A stretch of 64,000 bases of DNA from Paraspadella gotoi (GCA_051294375.1 CM119265.1:3682467-3746466), one strand, 5' to 3'; shown: positions 22,846 to 37,061, counted from the first letter of the stretch. Notes: generated by a model not told the origin, from the letters alone. Made by a program: numbers and translations.

Positions 22846-23144
22846 CCGCTAAAAGAGTTACCATTTCAATTTGGGTTCGGAGATTGAGTTTTGTCTTTCA
22901 GCGTCTGAGTGGTGAGTGGTGAGTGGTGACTGGTGATGTCTGTGATGTGCGTCTGTCTCTTCTCTTGTTCATTCACTTTTTTGTGAGTGGGTGAGTCTGT
23001 CCGTTTTCTAGATCTTTCTTTCTTTCTCTCTTGGTTTTCTTCTTTATTTCTCTCTTTCTTTCTTTCTTTCTTTTCTTTCTTTTTCTTTATTTTCTTTCTT
23101 TCACTCTCGTCTCCCTTCGTGGGTCTCCTCTCTCTCTCTCTCTT

Positions 23145-23205
<61 letters not shown>

Positions 23206-24927
23206 CTCCCTCTCTGTCTCTCAAAACTCCCGCCGTATCGTCGTTACCGACGTCGTTAGCGCATTAAAACAGTGGCGCCCCTCGTTTTCTGTGCAAATTT
23301 CCCCGAAATTTTTTTGGCTTCATTAGTCCCTCGATTCGGGCCCTGGCATTTTTTTTTCCAAGACCGAGACGGTGATTCTTTTTCTCTTTTTATCCACGCA
23401 CCGTCTACTTTTTTTTTATTTAGTCGCGTCGTTACTCTATAAGACGCTTTTTCCTTCTGAAGGTCTGTCTGTCCGTCTGTTCGTTTATCGGTCTGTCCGT
23501 CTGTACGTCTGTCGGTCGAACATTTTGTTTGTTAGTAGACATTTAGTTAATTAAAGTTAGATAAAAGAGTAAATTTCGTTTTAGAAAAAAAAAAAGTAAT
23601 TTCGTTTAAATAATGATATCGCGTATTCAAAAAACATTTAAAACTTAATTGAAAAATTAAAAGCAGTTTTAGAAGAATTAAGTGGTAAAAAATAAGGTTA
23701 ATATTGATAAGTGTAGGCATATAAGGAATATCAATTAATCCCGTGACTTTGGTTCACTCTCAGACTAATTTTTTTTTCTTTTACGCACTAGATTTTTTTT
23801 CTCTTTAGGCGTAAATTACGCACAAGGCGCAGCGTCGTTTCGGGACACTGGGCTTCTTTCTTTCTTTTCATAAGGAGAGTAGATTTACATTGATGTTAAA
23901 ACGAACTTTCTTCGTAGCCTAATATGTTAATTAATTGTCTTCTCTTTATCATCGAACAGCGGCCGGTTCATCTTTTCTAAGACTAATCGTCATTAAATAT
24001 AAAAGTTTTTTCCGTTTCGTTGTTGTTGTTGTTGTTCTTAAAATCTCCCCTTCTTTTGAAAATTTAAAAAGTTTGACGATAATCAAGAGAAACGAAGAAA
24101 ACTCCCATTTGGCGCTGAGAGAGAGAGAGAGCGAGAGAGAGAGAGAGAGAGAGAAACCGGGCGCAAAGGGTAAGTTGAGGGTAAGTGGGTGAGAGAGGTC
24201 GAAGCGGAGCTGCCGCCCGCGCCTAACCTCTTTCTTTTTCTTTCTTTTCTGAAAGATTGCTAGATTGCTTGTTTCATCCGTTGCCGAGATTGCTTGCTCC
24301 ACTTTCTCTCAATTTCTAGACTCAGAATTGAGTGTAAAAAGGTGTCGACACCTCTACATCAAATTTACACTTCATACTTACGCCACACCTGCTCCTCTTT
24401 CGAACCACATCTCCATATTCCGAGTGTGACATACGAGATAGACTCACATTTGATATTAGTAACCGGTCGTTCTTTCTTTAACACACTACATCCCAAACAA
24501 CTTTCGCTAACCACCAACAAATTCCACGCCACTTTCCATTTTCCTACGCCACTCCATTCCACGCCACTCCACGCCACGCCACGTCACGTGGTATCTGATC
24601 GCATCGCGCTCGGCGGCGTCGACTGACTTCGCCGTCCCTTCGGCGTCGTAAAACAGAGAAACTTTTCGATTCGGGTTTTTGAGTTTTTGGGTCTTGGGCA
24701 TTTTTGGGCTTTTCGGGAATTGGGCTATTTTGGCTTATTAGTTCTAGTTCTAGAGTGCTTTAAGTTTATATGGCCTATCAAGTTTTTGTGGTTTTCTCTG
24801 AAAAAAATCAATACATGTACCATTTTGTAATGCATTGATTTATAACAAAGTCATACGAACGCTGTCAATTAGCATCAATATCAACTTTATCTCCTATTTG
24901 CGCGGCATTCATTTCTCCTTTGGTTAC

Positions 24928-25532
24928 TAAGGCGGGCCAAAATTGAACACTTTTTATAACTTTTAAATTCTCTCAAAAATTCCTTTTTCCATCTATTACT
25001 GATCGATTTTCAATGCAACTTTTTGAATTAGTTCATTGGGTCTGTTGCAACTGAAGCTTTTAAATATTTATTAATATATAACAAATGAAAAATTTTTTTT
25101 AAAAAAAATTAGTTTTTAAGAACGGATTCCTATAGAGCTTGAAAAGTTAAATGAAAGTTAGTAATACAATTTTTAAAAAATTTTGACAAGGAAATTGGTT
25201 AAAAAACAGAAAACATTAAAAAAATCATCATCATCATCATCATATGGCTGAATTTTATAGTTTTTAAAATTTTATCAATAAACAAAAAAATTTTAAAAAT
25301 TTGTATTAATAACCTTTAATCTAATTTTAAAGCTCTATCAGAATCCATTAAAAAAAATTGAAAAATTCAAAAAAAATTTTTAACTTATATAGTAATAAAA
25401 TAATCTTTAAATGCTTCCGTGCGCTTATTAATAAGATAATTTTTTAAAATTATTTTTATTTTCATATTCTCTAACAGTCACTTATCATTATTTATTTGAG
25501 AGAACTTCTAGTTTTCAACCTGTTCCGGCCTA
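24928..25532. mobile_element. hAT-like MITE with 8-bp TSD (TTGGTTAC)
   Basis: TSD at 24920-24927 and 25533-25540, imperfect TIRs (taaggcggg...ttgaa / ttcaa...ccggccta) and internal inverted repeats. Absent from the duplicated copy at ~33376. Confidence 0.8.
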
Positions 25533-25681
25533 TTGGTTACATTAAACACAAATGACACAATATTGCAGATTGTGCCAAAATAAAAAACAATCATTTCAAA
25601 AGTATCATTTTAATTTAGGACAAAATCAATTGATCTCTCTCTGGTCTGGATCGAGGCACCCATCGTTTGGAAAAGGGTGAA

Positions 25682-25716
<35 letters not shown>

Positions 25717-26744
25717 NNNNNNNNNNNNNNNNNNNNNNNNNAAAAGAGAGAGATTTTCCTGCGCTACTTTTCCTTTTCTTTTCCCCCTTTTTTTTTCTTT
25801 TCCTCCGTTATTTCTTTCATTTTCTTTTTCCTCCTTTCTTTCTTTTCCTTTTCCTCCTTTCCTTTTCTTTTCCCCTTTCTTTTTTCCTTTTCTTTTCCTC
25901 TTTCTTTCCTTTTCTTTTCCTCCTTTCTTTCGCTTTTCTTTTCCTCCTTTCTTTATTTCCTTTTTTTGTCCTCCTCTTTTCAAGTGGCGCGAAGACGTCA
26001 GAGTAAAAGCGAGGAAATTTCATAGATTCTGTGATTGATTGTGCGATCAGAGTCTCGTTCACTTCTCTCTCATTCATACGCGTTCACTTCTCTCTCATTA
26101 TTACGCGTTCACTTCTCTCTCATGTCATACGCGTTCACTTCTCTCTTTGATTAGTACGCGTTCACTTTTAATTTCAACTTTTCATTCATTCATCCATTCG
26201 TTTGGTTTGTTTCGCCCCTGTTCATTCATTCGTTCGCCTGCTGGTTCGTCCCGTTCATTCATTCGCGCTTTTGTTCGTTCGTTCGCACTGTTCTGTCGTT
26301 GATTCGCTCGTTGGTTAGTTAGTTCGTTCATTCCGCCGTTCATTTTCGCCAGTTCGTTCGATCCTTTCGTTCGTTTGTCTCTTCCTCCCAGTTTGTTAGT
26401 TTGCCTGTATGGTGTCCGTTGGTTTGCTCGTTCGTTAGTTAGTTAGTAGCGTTCGTATCGTTCGTTCGTTCGTTCGTTTTCGTCTCGTCCTTCATATCGC
26501 GCAGTTTAGTTCGTTCGTCCTTCTGTTCGTTCGTCTCGTTCATTCATTGTTCATTCATGTCACAAATTCCTTCATTTCTTTCTTTTCGTAATAGACATTT
26601 TTCCTTTTTTTCTTTCTTCTTGCTTCTAATAAAACTGTACAAAATCTTTTTCCGTGTAATCGCTTCCTCATCCATCAAAAACTACAACGAAAAAAGTTAA
26701 TCCAAAGAAATGAAATGACGCAACAAATGAATTGGGAACGAGGC

Positions 26745-26777
<33 letters not shown>

Positions 26778-27564
26778 AAACAAGCGATAACGGCAAAGAT
26801 GACAGCGACAAAACAAAAATTACATGTACATTCATGTTATGGAATTAAAAAAAAACTATGTACTTAAATATTCAAAGAGATCAAACGGGTACAAAGACAA
26901 AAATGAGCGATAAAAATGATTGTTAATTATATTTCAGATATTTTTATTCATTGACGGGAAAAAAGGAACAAATTACATTGTGAATCTTCATTTGTCTTTG
27001 TGAGTTAGATTTCAATTGATTTTTGCTTTTACGAAAGATATCGTTGTATTAAAACAAAAAGCCAATATGTAAGCGTCTTACAAAAAATTAACATTCCTAT
27101 AAATAGATTAACAAATATTCCTCGACTGGTCAGGAGGAGATGCGTCGTATGCATTGCCTCGGCGAGAAACCTCAGTCTAAGATGACGCGAGAAGCGAACG
27201 TCGAAAAAAAGAAAGAGATAAAAAAGGAAAAAAGAAAAAAGAAGGAAGAAGAGAAAAAGAAATAAGGAAAAGATGAGAAGGAAAAGATTCGACGCGTCGT
27301 CTCGTCAAAAATCTTTCACTTTGGCAAAAACGAGAAAATAAACGCGTTAAAAAACTTTGGAGTCCCCGTTTCTGATCTGATGGCAAACGACGACGATGAT
27401 AACGATGATGATGATGATGACGATGATGGTGATGATTAATGATGATGTTATAATGTGTGCAAGCATGATTTAAGCCTCGTTTTATCGCGCTGTTTTAAAA
27501 TGGGAAAATAATTCGATGACGACGAGGGGCTACATAATAACGAAGTCAAATGACAATCAACAAA

Positions 27565-28507
27565 CAAGGGTGGCTTGTACTATGACATTGGCTATTGACA
27601 ACCATGAATTAATTGACAATTGATAACTTTTGACAACCTATGATGATTTAACAGATTGGCAACAATGACTCATACAAAAATTTTTCACACTCACTTAAAT
27701 TAATCTGCAGAGTTGTCAACAAATTTTGAAGCAACTGGAGAGCTTGGATGAGTTGTTGGAAGAAGGCGGCCTTGTGTCCACGAAGAGCAAGGACGATGAC
27801 GCTGGAAAGTCTCGCAATTTAAGACGCGTAAGGCTTCTGCAAGCCAGTTGAGAAAAATATGGAGAGAAGAGAAATTGTTGCCAGTCATTCAACAGTGAAT
27901 GGGCGGATTTTCATGGAGGATGAAGCTCCTGGATACAAAGGCCAAAGCCCCCAGAAATATCACGAGGAAACGGATCTTAGGTGCTCAAAGTTTGGCTCCG
28001 GAAACTCACCTGACTGCGACATTCATCGAAAATGTCTGGTCAAGGATGAAAAGGGACATTTTGCAGTACAATGCAATGACAGTCTACAAAATGCAATAAA
28101 ATTTTAAAACGAAATTGGGGTAGCTGAACCCTTCATATTTGCGCAGCTCTATGACTCTCTCCTTCGTCGCATGGAAGCGGTGCTGGGGTGGGAAACAAAT
28201 GGTGGTCTGACCAAGTCGAATTATTTGAGTCATAAAAAGTGTAATTTTCCGTCAAATAGCGAAATAAAATGCTTTTATCACTATTTTTAAACTTTTTTGA
28301 GCAGATTTGTAGATTCGTAATTTTTAAATTAAATTTTAAGCTTAAAATCTAGTAGTTCTAATCTTTTTTAAAAAGTATAAACCAATTGTTAACCCTTATC
28401 CCTAACCAAAACTCTAACCAAATCCTTAACATATTTCTTATCCCTAAGCCCCAAGCTAATTATTAAACTTAACAAGAAAGGTGATTCCAATGTGTTGCGC
28501 AGCAGTG
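27565..28507 (+). mobile_element. Second copy of the Tc1/mariner remnant (inside the 8-kb duplication)
   Basis: Near-identical to 19297-20234 with indels. Confidence 0.75.
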
Positions 28508-29238
28508 ACTTATCAAGCTTATTCTGATCAGCATGATGTGACATGACATGATTGACTAAAAAACTTTTTTTGCCTGTATATTTATGACATGCACTGCATC
28601 AAAATTCCTTATACAGGGACTTATATCCGGAGTGATACAAAAACTCGAAACAAAGAGAAATCAGATTATAAATTTTTTTCATTCTAATAGAAAAATATTT
28701 ATTTTTTTTTACCAATTCGTAACATTTGCGAGGATTATTGCTAAGTTATAAACATCTCGAGAGTAAATTTCTAAAGAAGCAGAATTTTTACTTTAAATGT
28801 TTTCAATAAAACAATTGAATTTTTTTTCATGCTTCATTTTTTTTGAATAGTGTAGTATAGTATATGTATCACGAACAAGATTAAAAAAAATGTTTATAAT
28901 ATGAATAATACTTGATAATAATCATCACGTTTTCCCTTTAAAATCTATTAAAAATAAAATTTCAGTTTAGGGGAATAAAATTATGAAAGACGAACTTTTT
29001 TTGATAAATGATCTTAAGAAAGTAAATAATAAACAAATCACCAAACTAACTTTTTATTACTAAAATTTTTTATTTTTATATCAGAAAAATTGTTAAAATG
29101 AAGAAAAGTTACTCCCGCGCCTTGAAAATCACTGTGATTTATACTATTAGAAAATTGAGAACATTTTTTTAGGTCAATAAAAACGTCAAGTAGTTTTCTA
29201 ACTAATTAAATGGTTATAAAATAACATTTAAGTAAGTT

Positions 29239-29287
29239 GACACCAGTCTCTTTGGAGGCGTGGGTTCGAATCCCACAACTGCCACCA
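29239..29287 (+). pseudogene. Duplicate copy of tRNA-Leu 3' half retrocopy
   Basis: Identical to 20922-20970, inside the duplicated block. Confidence 0.75.
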
Positions 29288-29685
29288 CATTTAAGTAGTA
29301 AGTAGACAGAGATTTCAACTTGAACCAAAGTGGAATTTATTCTCAGATAGAAGATAAGCAAGACGGTGTGAGAATTTGAGACAGTCTTTTCGTATCGGTC
29401 CAGATTTAAAGTCCCTGTAATTTAGGAATTCCTGAGGGGGAGCGAGCAATCCCTTATATTTGAGGTTTTTTTCTGTCTTAATAAATGAGCAGATTATACC
29501 GACCGACCGACCAACCGACGGACCGACCGTCAGACCGACCAAAAATTACTTTTTAGAGTTACTCCCGCGAGTACTCGCGGCGCAACTAAAAATAAATGTA
29601 ATTATGAATTTAAAGTTAAAATGGGACACTTTCGGGAAAAAAGGGTCAATGAGTTATGAAGATTAACAACAATTAGTTTAACAGG

Positions 29686-30350
29686 ATTGACAGCGACGAA
29701 TGACGACGATTGACAACGACGACTTACGACGATTGACAACGATGAATGACGACGATTGACAACGACGAATGACGACGATGACAATGACGAATTACAACAA
29801 TTGACAACGACGACTTACGATGATTGATAAGGACGAATGACGACGATTGACAACAACGAATGACAACGATTGACAATGACGAATGACGACAATTGACAAC
29901 GAGGAATTACAACGATTGACAACGACGACTTATGATGATTGACAATGACGAATGACGACAATTGACAATGACGAATGATGACGATTGACAATGACAACTT
30001 ACGATGATTGACATCGACGAATGATGATGATTGACAATGACAAATGATGACGATTGACACAATGACTTAGGAACGATTGACTACGACGAATGACAATTGA
30101 TATCGACGAATGACGACGATTGACACGACGAATGACGACGATTGACAACGACGAATGTCGACGATTGACAACGACGAATTACAACGATTGACAACGACGA
30201 CTTACGATGATTGACAACGACAAATGACGATGATTGACAACGACGACTTAGCGACGATGACAAGCGACGAATGACGACGATTGACAACGACGAATTACAA
30301 CGATTGACAACGACGACTTACGAGCATTGACAACGACGAATGACGACCAA
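29686..30350. repeat. ~21-bp minisatellite, second copy
   Basis: Same unit as 21365-21890, with extra units. Confidence 0.9.
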
Positions 30351-30597
30351 CTCGTTTTCCGAAACCAATGAGTTCCATTTTCTCGCGACTTCTTCTCTTC
30401 GTCCTTTGCTGCTGCTGCTGCATCAACTTCGAATATGGCTGCAGCTGCTGTAGTGGCGGAGCTGTCGCGGCGAAGCCGAAGACGCGGCACAGATTTTTTT
30501 TTCTTCCCCGAAACCACAAATCGTTTTGTCTCCTGACTTTTTCGAGAAGAGATTTTTGTTTCTGTCAAAAGAAAAAAAACATCAGACACTAGCGCGA

Positions 30598-30683
<86 letters not shown>

Positions 30684-31573
30684 AGAGAAGAGAATGAAAG
30701 AAGGAAAGGCATGGTCCCGTGACTCCCTTCGAAAGTTAACGTTGCTATCGCTCACGCTCTCTCCCGTCGATGGGCGAACGCGTCTCTTTCTTAATGCTTT
30801 ATTAGTTTTACAATTATATTAAACTTTTCTTAGGCAATACTTGGATTTTAAAATGCAACGAGAAGTCATTTCTTAGATATTTTCGTTGATCATTTTCAAA
30901 TTAATTCAAATGTTTTCTGTTTGACAAATCATAAAAAAAAAAATAAAAAAAAATATCATCGTAGCCAGTGACAATTTTTGGTTAGAACAATACAATCCGA
31001 AGAGGTTGTTCTAAATAGTCAATGGCCAAAAGGGCTATATTTTCCCAGAACACCCCATTTCATCTTAAATTCAGAATTAGGTTAATTATATGAATTAAAG
31101 ATTAGGTTGGATTAAGAATTTGGTTAAGGATCAGTTTAGTGATTAGGGTTCAGGGTTAGAGTTTAGGAGTTAGGTATTAAGGTTAAGGATTAGGGTAACA
31201 GATTAAGCTATAGGTTTCAAAATATTTTTATGGTAAGTATTAAGATAAAATTAAATTCTGGGAAAAAGGAACAGAAATGGGGAACTTTTGGGAGAGCGAG
31301 CCGCTAAAAGAGTTACCATTTCAATTTGGGTTCGGAGATTGAGTTTTGTCTTTCAGCGTCTGAGTGGTGAGTGGTGAGTGGTGACTGGTGATGTCTGTGA
31401 TGTGCGTCTGTCTCTTCTCTTGTTCATTCACTTTTTTTGTGAGTGGGTGAGTCTGTCCGTTTTCTAGATCTTTTCTTCTTTCTCTCTTGGTTTTCTTCTT
31501 TATTTCTCTTTCTTTCTTTCTTTCTTTTCTTTCTTTCTTATTTTCTTTCTTTCACTCTCGTCTCCCTCGTGGG

Positions 31574-31655
<82 letters not shown>

Positions 31656-33547
31656 TCCCTCTCTGTCTCTCAAAACTCCCGCGTATCGTCGTTACCGACG
31701 TCGTTAGCGCATTAAAACAGTGGCGCCCCTCGTTTTCTGTGCAAATTTCCCCGAAATTTTTTTGGGCTTCATTAGTCCCTCGATTTCGGGCCTCATTTTT
31801 TTTTTCCAGACCGAGGACGGTGATTCTTTTTCTCTTTTTATCCACGCACCGTCTACTTTTTTTTTATTTAGTCGCGTCGTTACTCTATAAGAACGCTTTT
31901 TTCCTTCTGAAGGTCTGTCTGTCCGTCTGTTCGTTTATCGGTCTGTCCGTCTGTACGTCTGTCGGTCGAACATTTTGTTTGTTAGTAGACATTTAGTTAA
32001 TTAAAGTTAGATAAAAAGAGTAAATTTCGTTTTAGAAAAAAAAAAAGTAATTTGTTTAAATAATGATATCGCGTATTAAAAAACATTTAAAACTTAATTG
32101 AAAAAATTAAAGCAGTTTTAGAAGAATTAAGTGGTAAAAAATAAAGGTTAATATTGATAAGTGTAGGCATATAAGGAATATCAATTAATCCCGTGACTTT
32201 GGTTCACTCTCAGACTAATTTTTTTTTTCTTTTACGCACTAGATTTTTTTTCTCTTAGGCGTAAATTACGCACAAGGCGCAGCGGTCGTTTCGGGACACT
32301 GGGCTTCTTTCTTTCTTTTCATAAGGAGAGTAGATTTACATTGATGTTAAAACGAACTTTCTTCGTAGCCTAATATGTTAATTAATTGTCTTCTCTTTAT
32401 CATCGAACAGCGGCCGGTTCATCTTTTCTAAGACTAATCGTCATTAAATATAAAAGTTTTTTTCCGTTTCGTTGTTTGTTGTTGTTGTTCTTAAAATCTC
32501 CCTTCTTTTGAAAATTTAAAAAGTTTGACGATAATCAAAGAGAAACGAAGAAAACTCCCATTTGGCGCTGGAGAGAGAGAGAGAGAGGCGAGAGAGAGAG
32601 AGAGAGAGAGAGAACCGGCGCAAAGGGTAAGTTGAGGGTAAGTGGGTGAGAGAGGTCGAAGCGGAGCTGCCGCCCGCGCCTAACCTCTTTCTTTTTCTTT
32701 CTTTTCTGAAAGATTGCTAGATTGCTTGTTTCATCCGTTGCCGAGATTGCTTGCTCCACTTTCTCTCAATTTCTAGACTCAGAAATTGAGTGTAAAAAGG
32801 TGTCGACACCTCTACATCAAATTTACACTTCATACTTACGCCACACCTGCTCCTCTTTCGAACCACATCTCCATATTCCGAGTGTGACATACGAGATAGA
32901 CTCACATTTGATATTAGTAACCGGTCGTTCTTTCTTAACACACTACATCCCAAACAACTTTCGCTAAACACACCAACAAATTCCACGGCCACTTTCCATT
33001 TTCCTAGCGCACTCCATTCCACGCCACTCCACGCCACGCCACGTCACGTGGTATCTGATCGCATCGCGCTCGGCGGCGTCGACTGACTTGCCGTCCCTTC
33101 GGCGTCGTAAAACAGAGAAAACTTTTCGATTCGGGTTTTTGAGTTTTTGGGTCTTGGGCATTTTTGGCTTTTCGGGAATGGGCTATTTTGGCTTATTAGT
33201 TCTAGTTCTAGAGTGCTTTAAGTTTATATGGCCTATCAAGTTTTTGTGGTTTTCTCTGAAAAAAAATCAATACATGTACCATTTGTAATGCATTGATTTA
33301 TAACAAAGTCATACGAACGCTGTCATTAGCATCAATATCAACTTTATCTCTATTTGCGCGGCATTCATTTCTCCTTTGTTATGTTACATTAAACACAAAT
33401 GACAACAATATTGGCAGATTGTGCCAAAATAAAAAAACAATCATTTCAAAAAGTAATCATTTTAATTTAGGACAAAATCAATTGATCTCGTCTCTGGTCT
33501 GTGATCGAGGCACCCATCGTTGTGAAAAGGGTGAAAAGACAGAGAGA

Positions 33548-33598
<51 letters not shown>

Positions 33599-33692
33599 GA
33601 ATCGGAAATCGACTGATGAATTTTGTGTGAGGCGCAATTTCCCCTTCACTTCTCGCTGTGACATGATATAACAGCGGGGCGGTCGGGCAAGG

Positions 33693-33763
<71 letters not shown>

Positions 33764-34917
33764 AGAGAAAGAAAGAAAGAGAGTATACATTGAAGATAGG
33801 AAATAGCAAAGTGGTTCTGTTACAGCTAGGCTACCGCCTACCAGCCTCGCATATTGTGTCACAACGCAGTCCGAAGTAAAGCAAAAAAATATATAGGGAG
33901 AAAAATAAGGTGGATACAAGTAAATGTTTCAGACGCAGAATTTACATGATGTTATTCTTTTTATAAAGTTGAGTCTCAGTCCGTGAAGTAACATTGATTC
34001 TAAAACGGAAAATGATCTCACGCGACGATCACATTGGCTTAACCATGACATCGTATTGGCCTACAGAGTTAGCCTAAAAGGGGAAAGACCAAGGGTCAAA
34101 GGTCAAAGGTCAACCAGTCAAAGGTCGGATCAATACAAAAGGACCAGATATAACACAATTAGGCGATGTAACTCACCTCAGGCTGACCAAAAACAAGGGC
34201 AAGATAATTTATTTTAGGAATTCACAATTTTGAAATTTTCAGACATTCTTAACCAAAATACAAGAAAAGTCAAAGTAAGTCTCTTTAAAGATAGGAACGG
34301 ACATAGCGAGATAATTCGATATACAACGAAACGATCGGATTTAGCGAAGTGAGGAAATAAAGAAAACGTTTCCGACTTTCAATAATCGAAAAAATCACTC
34401 GTCGCTCGAACGAACGAAAGAATCGATTCTCGATCGACGCGTCAAGAGTTTATTACCGGATAAGACTTTTTCTGAGGGGAGGGGGAGCTGGGAGGGTTGT
34501 GGGGTTAGGGGTCGGTTGGGGTGGGGCCGGCCTGGGAAGTGAGGCTGGGTTGGGTCACAGGATACAGAATTAGTTTAGAAAAGGAGAATAACCTTCGCCA
34601 ATTCCCTCTATGGTTTTTGTCGTACCTCAAGGGAGGCGTTTAAATTAGAAATTATTTCGAAAAAAGTTATCATTTTTACAAAAAGTAAAGTTAAGTAATA
34701 GTTTTTAATTGCGCCGCGAGTAATCGCGGAGCAAACTCTACTTTAGTCACTTTTCGATCGGTCGGTCCAACTAACTGCGGTTAAGTTAATATTTGGTTAA
34801 GAAGATAAAATCAAAATTCAAAAGAAAATCAGACTAAAAGTAGAAATTTCATTCCAATTTTAAGGTTTATTTTATTTTCATTTTCGTTTTCAAGATACAT
34901 TTTGAATTCATTTCAAA

Positions 34918-35525
34918 TCATTCCACTTGGCAGGACACTGTGCAATATGCCAAAGCATAAGGATACAAAAACCAAATAACCCCAGCAATGAACCACTTCT
35001 TCATGCATTCCTGTAAGAAAGAGTCAAAGATGGAATCTTTTTTTTTTAATGTGGACCTAACATTAAGTTTAGAAGTAAATTAATGGTAAATTAATGTTGC
35101 GCCTGGAAAAAAATATAGAAAGAATCTTAGAATAAATGAATCATTTTTAATTTTGATTACCCTTGCTCTTAAGTTATTATTTTATCAAACTGTAAGTCCC
35201 GTCGATTCAAATTGTCGGCCCGAATATCAGTGGGTCTAAATATATATCCGGCTTTGCGGGCTTTCCATCGTTTAGCCTCCGTCTTGGAATAAATGAATCA
35301 AACGAACTTTGATTACCCTTGCTCTTTAGTTATACTTTTTTTGAGGAATCTTACTTTATCGAACTGTGTGTCCCCTCGATTCAAATCGTCGGCCCGAACA
35401 TCAGTGGGTCCAAATAAGTATGCGGCTTTGTGGGCTTTGCGTCGTTTAACCTCCGCCGATGCGTTGACCGTCAAAAAGACGAAGACGCCGACGACGGTGA
35501 ATAAGACAAAAGTCTTAATGTCCAA
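34918..35525 (-). CDS. Small secreted peptide precursor (87 aa), two exons
   Basis: Exon 35355-35525 (signal peptide MDIKTFVLFTVVGVFVFLTVNASA, KRRK, ...FDK|gtaaga) plus exon 34918-35010 after ttcttacag (ECMKKWFIAGVIWFLYPYALAYCTVSCQVE*); phase 0 matches. Confidence 0.65.
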
Positions 35526-36220
35526 TCCTTAACTTTGAATTACGGATTTTTAAAATACAAAAAAAATCGTTTGAAAAAAAAGTCCGATTTTTTTAAAGAT
35601 CTTGTTTGTTTGAGGAGGATTGGAATTAAATGGATTTAGGCTTTGATTAAAATCGATTAGTTAGACATAGTAGAGCAGAAAAACTGCTATGTTTATGCCG
35701 CTTTCATATGTTTGAGAAAAGGAAAATGGATTTCGTTTTAATCTTCACATTAAATGAACAATTTATTTTGTTCAAGAAAAACGAATTTTTTTTTCATTTG
35801 ATTCATTGAAATTTTTTATTTTTCTCGTTTTTATTATTGTCATTATCATCATCATTATTACATATTATATATATCTTTATCTATATTTAAATCCAATTTG
35901 GGACAAACCTTCCGGCGCAATTTCAAGGTATTACGCCGATTTGACTTTCTTCGTCGGAAGTCAGAGCCAAGTTAACATAGATGTCATTAAGAGTAAGGGT
36001 GACAATAAGTGAGAACAGCTGAGTGAAGTTAGATGGACTTTGGAGTGAATTAGAGAGACCAATAAGTAGATAGTGAGGTTCGTGAAGTGAAGTGGCGTGA
36101 ATTCAAAAAGTCATTTCACTTTTTTTTCCTATTTTCTTTCAAAAATAAAAGAAAGTTTCTTTTTTGGGGGGCGAAAAACCATCCCAGATTTCCAGGCTTC
36201 GAATCTGGGGGGGCGGAGGA

Positions 36221-36275
<55 letters not shown>

Positions 36276-36367
36276 CTTCTTTCAGTCAGAGAAGAACAAA
36301 GAGATTCGCCAGGACGGAAGTGAAGAGAGAAGAGGAGAGAAAATTAGAGAGGAAAAGAGAGAAGAAA

Positions 36368-36407
<40 letters not shown>

Positions 36408-36466
36408 CGAAACGGAATCCAGCGGCCGCGCGGGTGAGTTCATTGCGTCGTCGTCAACCGACTCAC

Positions 36467-37061
36467 CAAGTCCGTTCGCTGTCTGTCTATCAGGACATGT
36501 CCCTCCGTCTATTTTAAGGAGAGACGATAGAATTAATGAAATAAGTCTTACATTGAAATTTTAACAACAGTCGAACGGTAATTTTGTTTTTTGAAGTTTT
36601 AGAATGAAGTCCGTTCGCTGTCTGTCTATCAGGACATGTCCCTCCGTCTATTTTAAGGAGAGACGATAGAATTAATGAAATAAGTCTTACATTGAAATTT
36701 TAACAACAGTCGAACGGTAATTTTGTTTTTTGAAGTTTTAGAATGAATTTCATGTTCTAAAATGAAAAAAAATACAAATAATTATAGGATTCATTAATTG
36801 TTTTCGAATCCGAGATTTTATTTAAAAAAATTGAAATAAGCATAAAACTTTTTCCTGACAACCGTTGTCTTCACAAAGGTTAACATTTTTACGAAAAGTA
36901 AAAACTAGGAAATATCCGACAAATGTCAAATTCGAAATCCTATACTATCTATAATCCTATTTTGAAAATTATCTTACCGACCTAAACTTTAAGTCTCCAC
37001 TTTACCTGACGAAGCGAGCACATCGTCCGACGAAAAACTCTTTCTCAATAAACGATTCCCG
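36467..37061 (-). CDS. Two small phase-compatible exons of an unidentified gene (37006-37061, 36467-36508)
   Basis: tacag|C GGG AAT...TCA G|gtaaa (GNRLLRKSFSSDDVLASS) and aatag|AC GGA...CTT G|gtgagt (DGGTCPDRQTANGL) splice in frame. Confidence 0.5.
36468..36745. repeat. Exact 139-bp tandem duplication
   Basis: 36468-36606 equals 36607-36745. Confidence 0.95.

Larger units (their letters stand above)
17520..33590. repeat. ~8-kb tandem duplication across a 25-N gap (17520-25716 vs 25765-33590)
   Basis: Collinear near-identity; the second copy is indel-rich near the gap. Confidence 0.9.
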
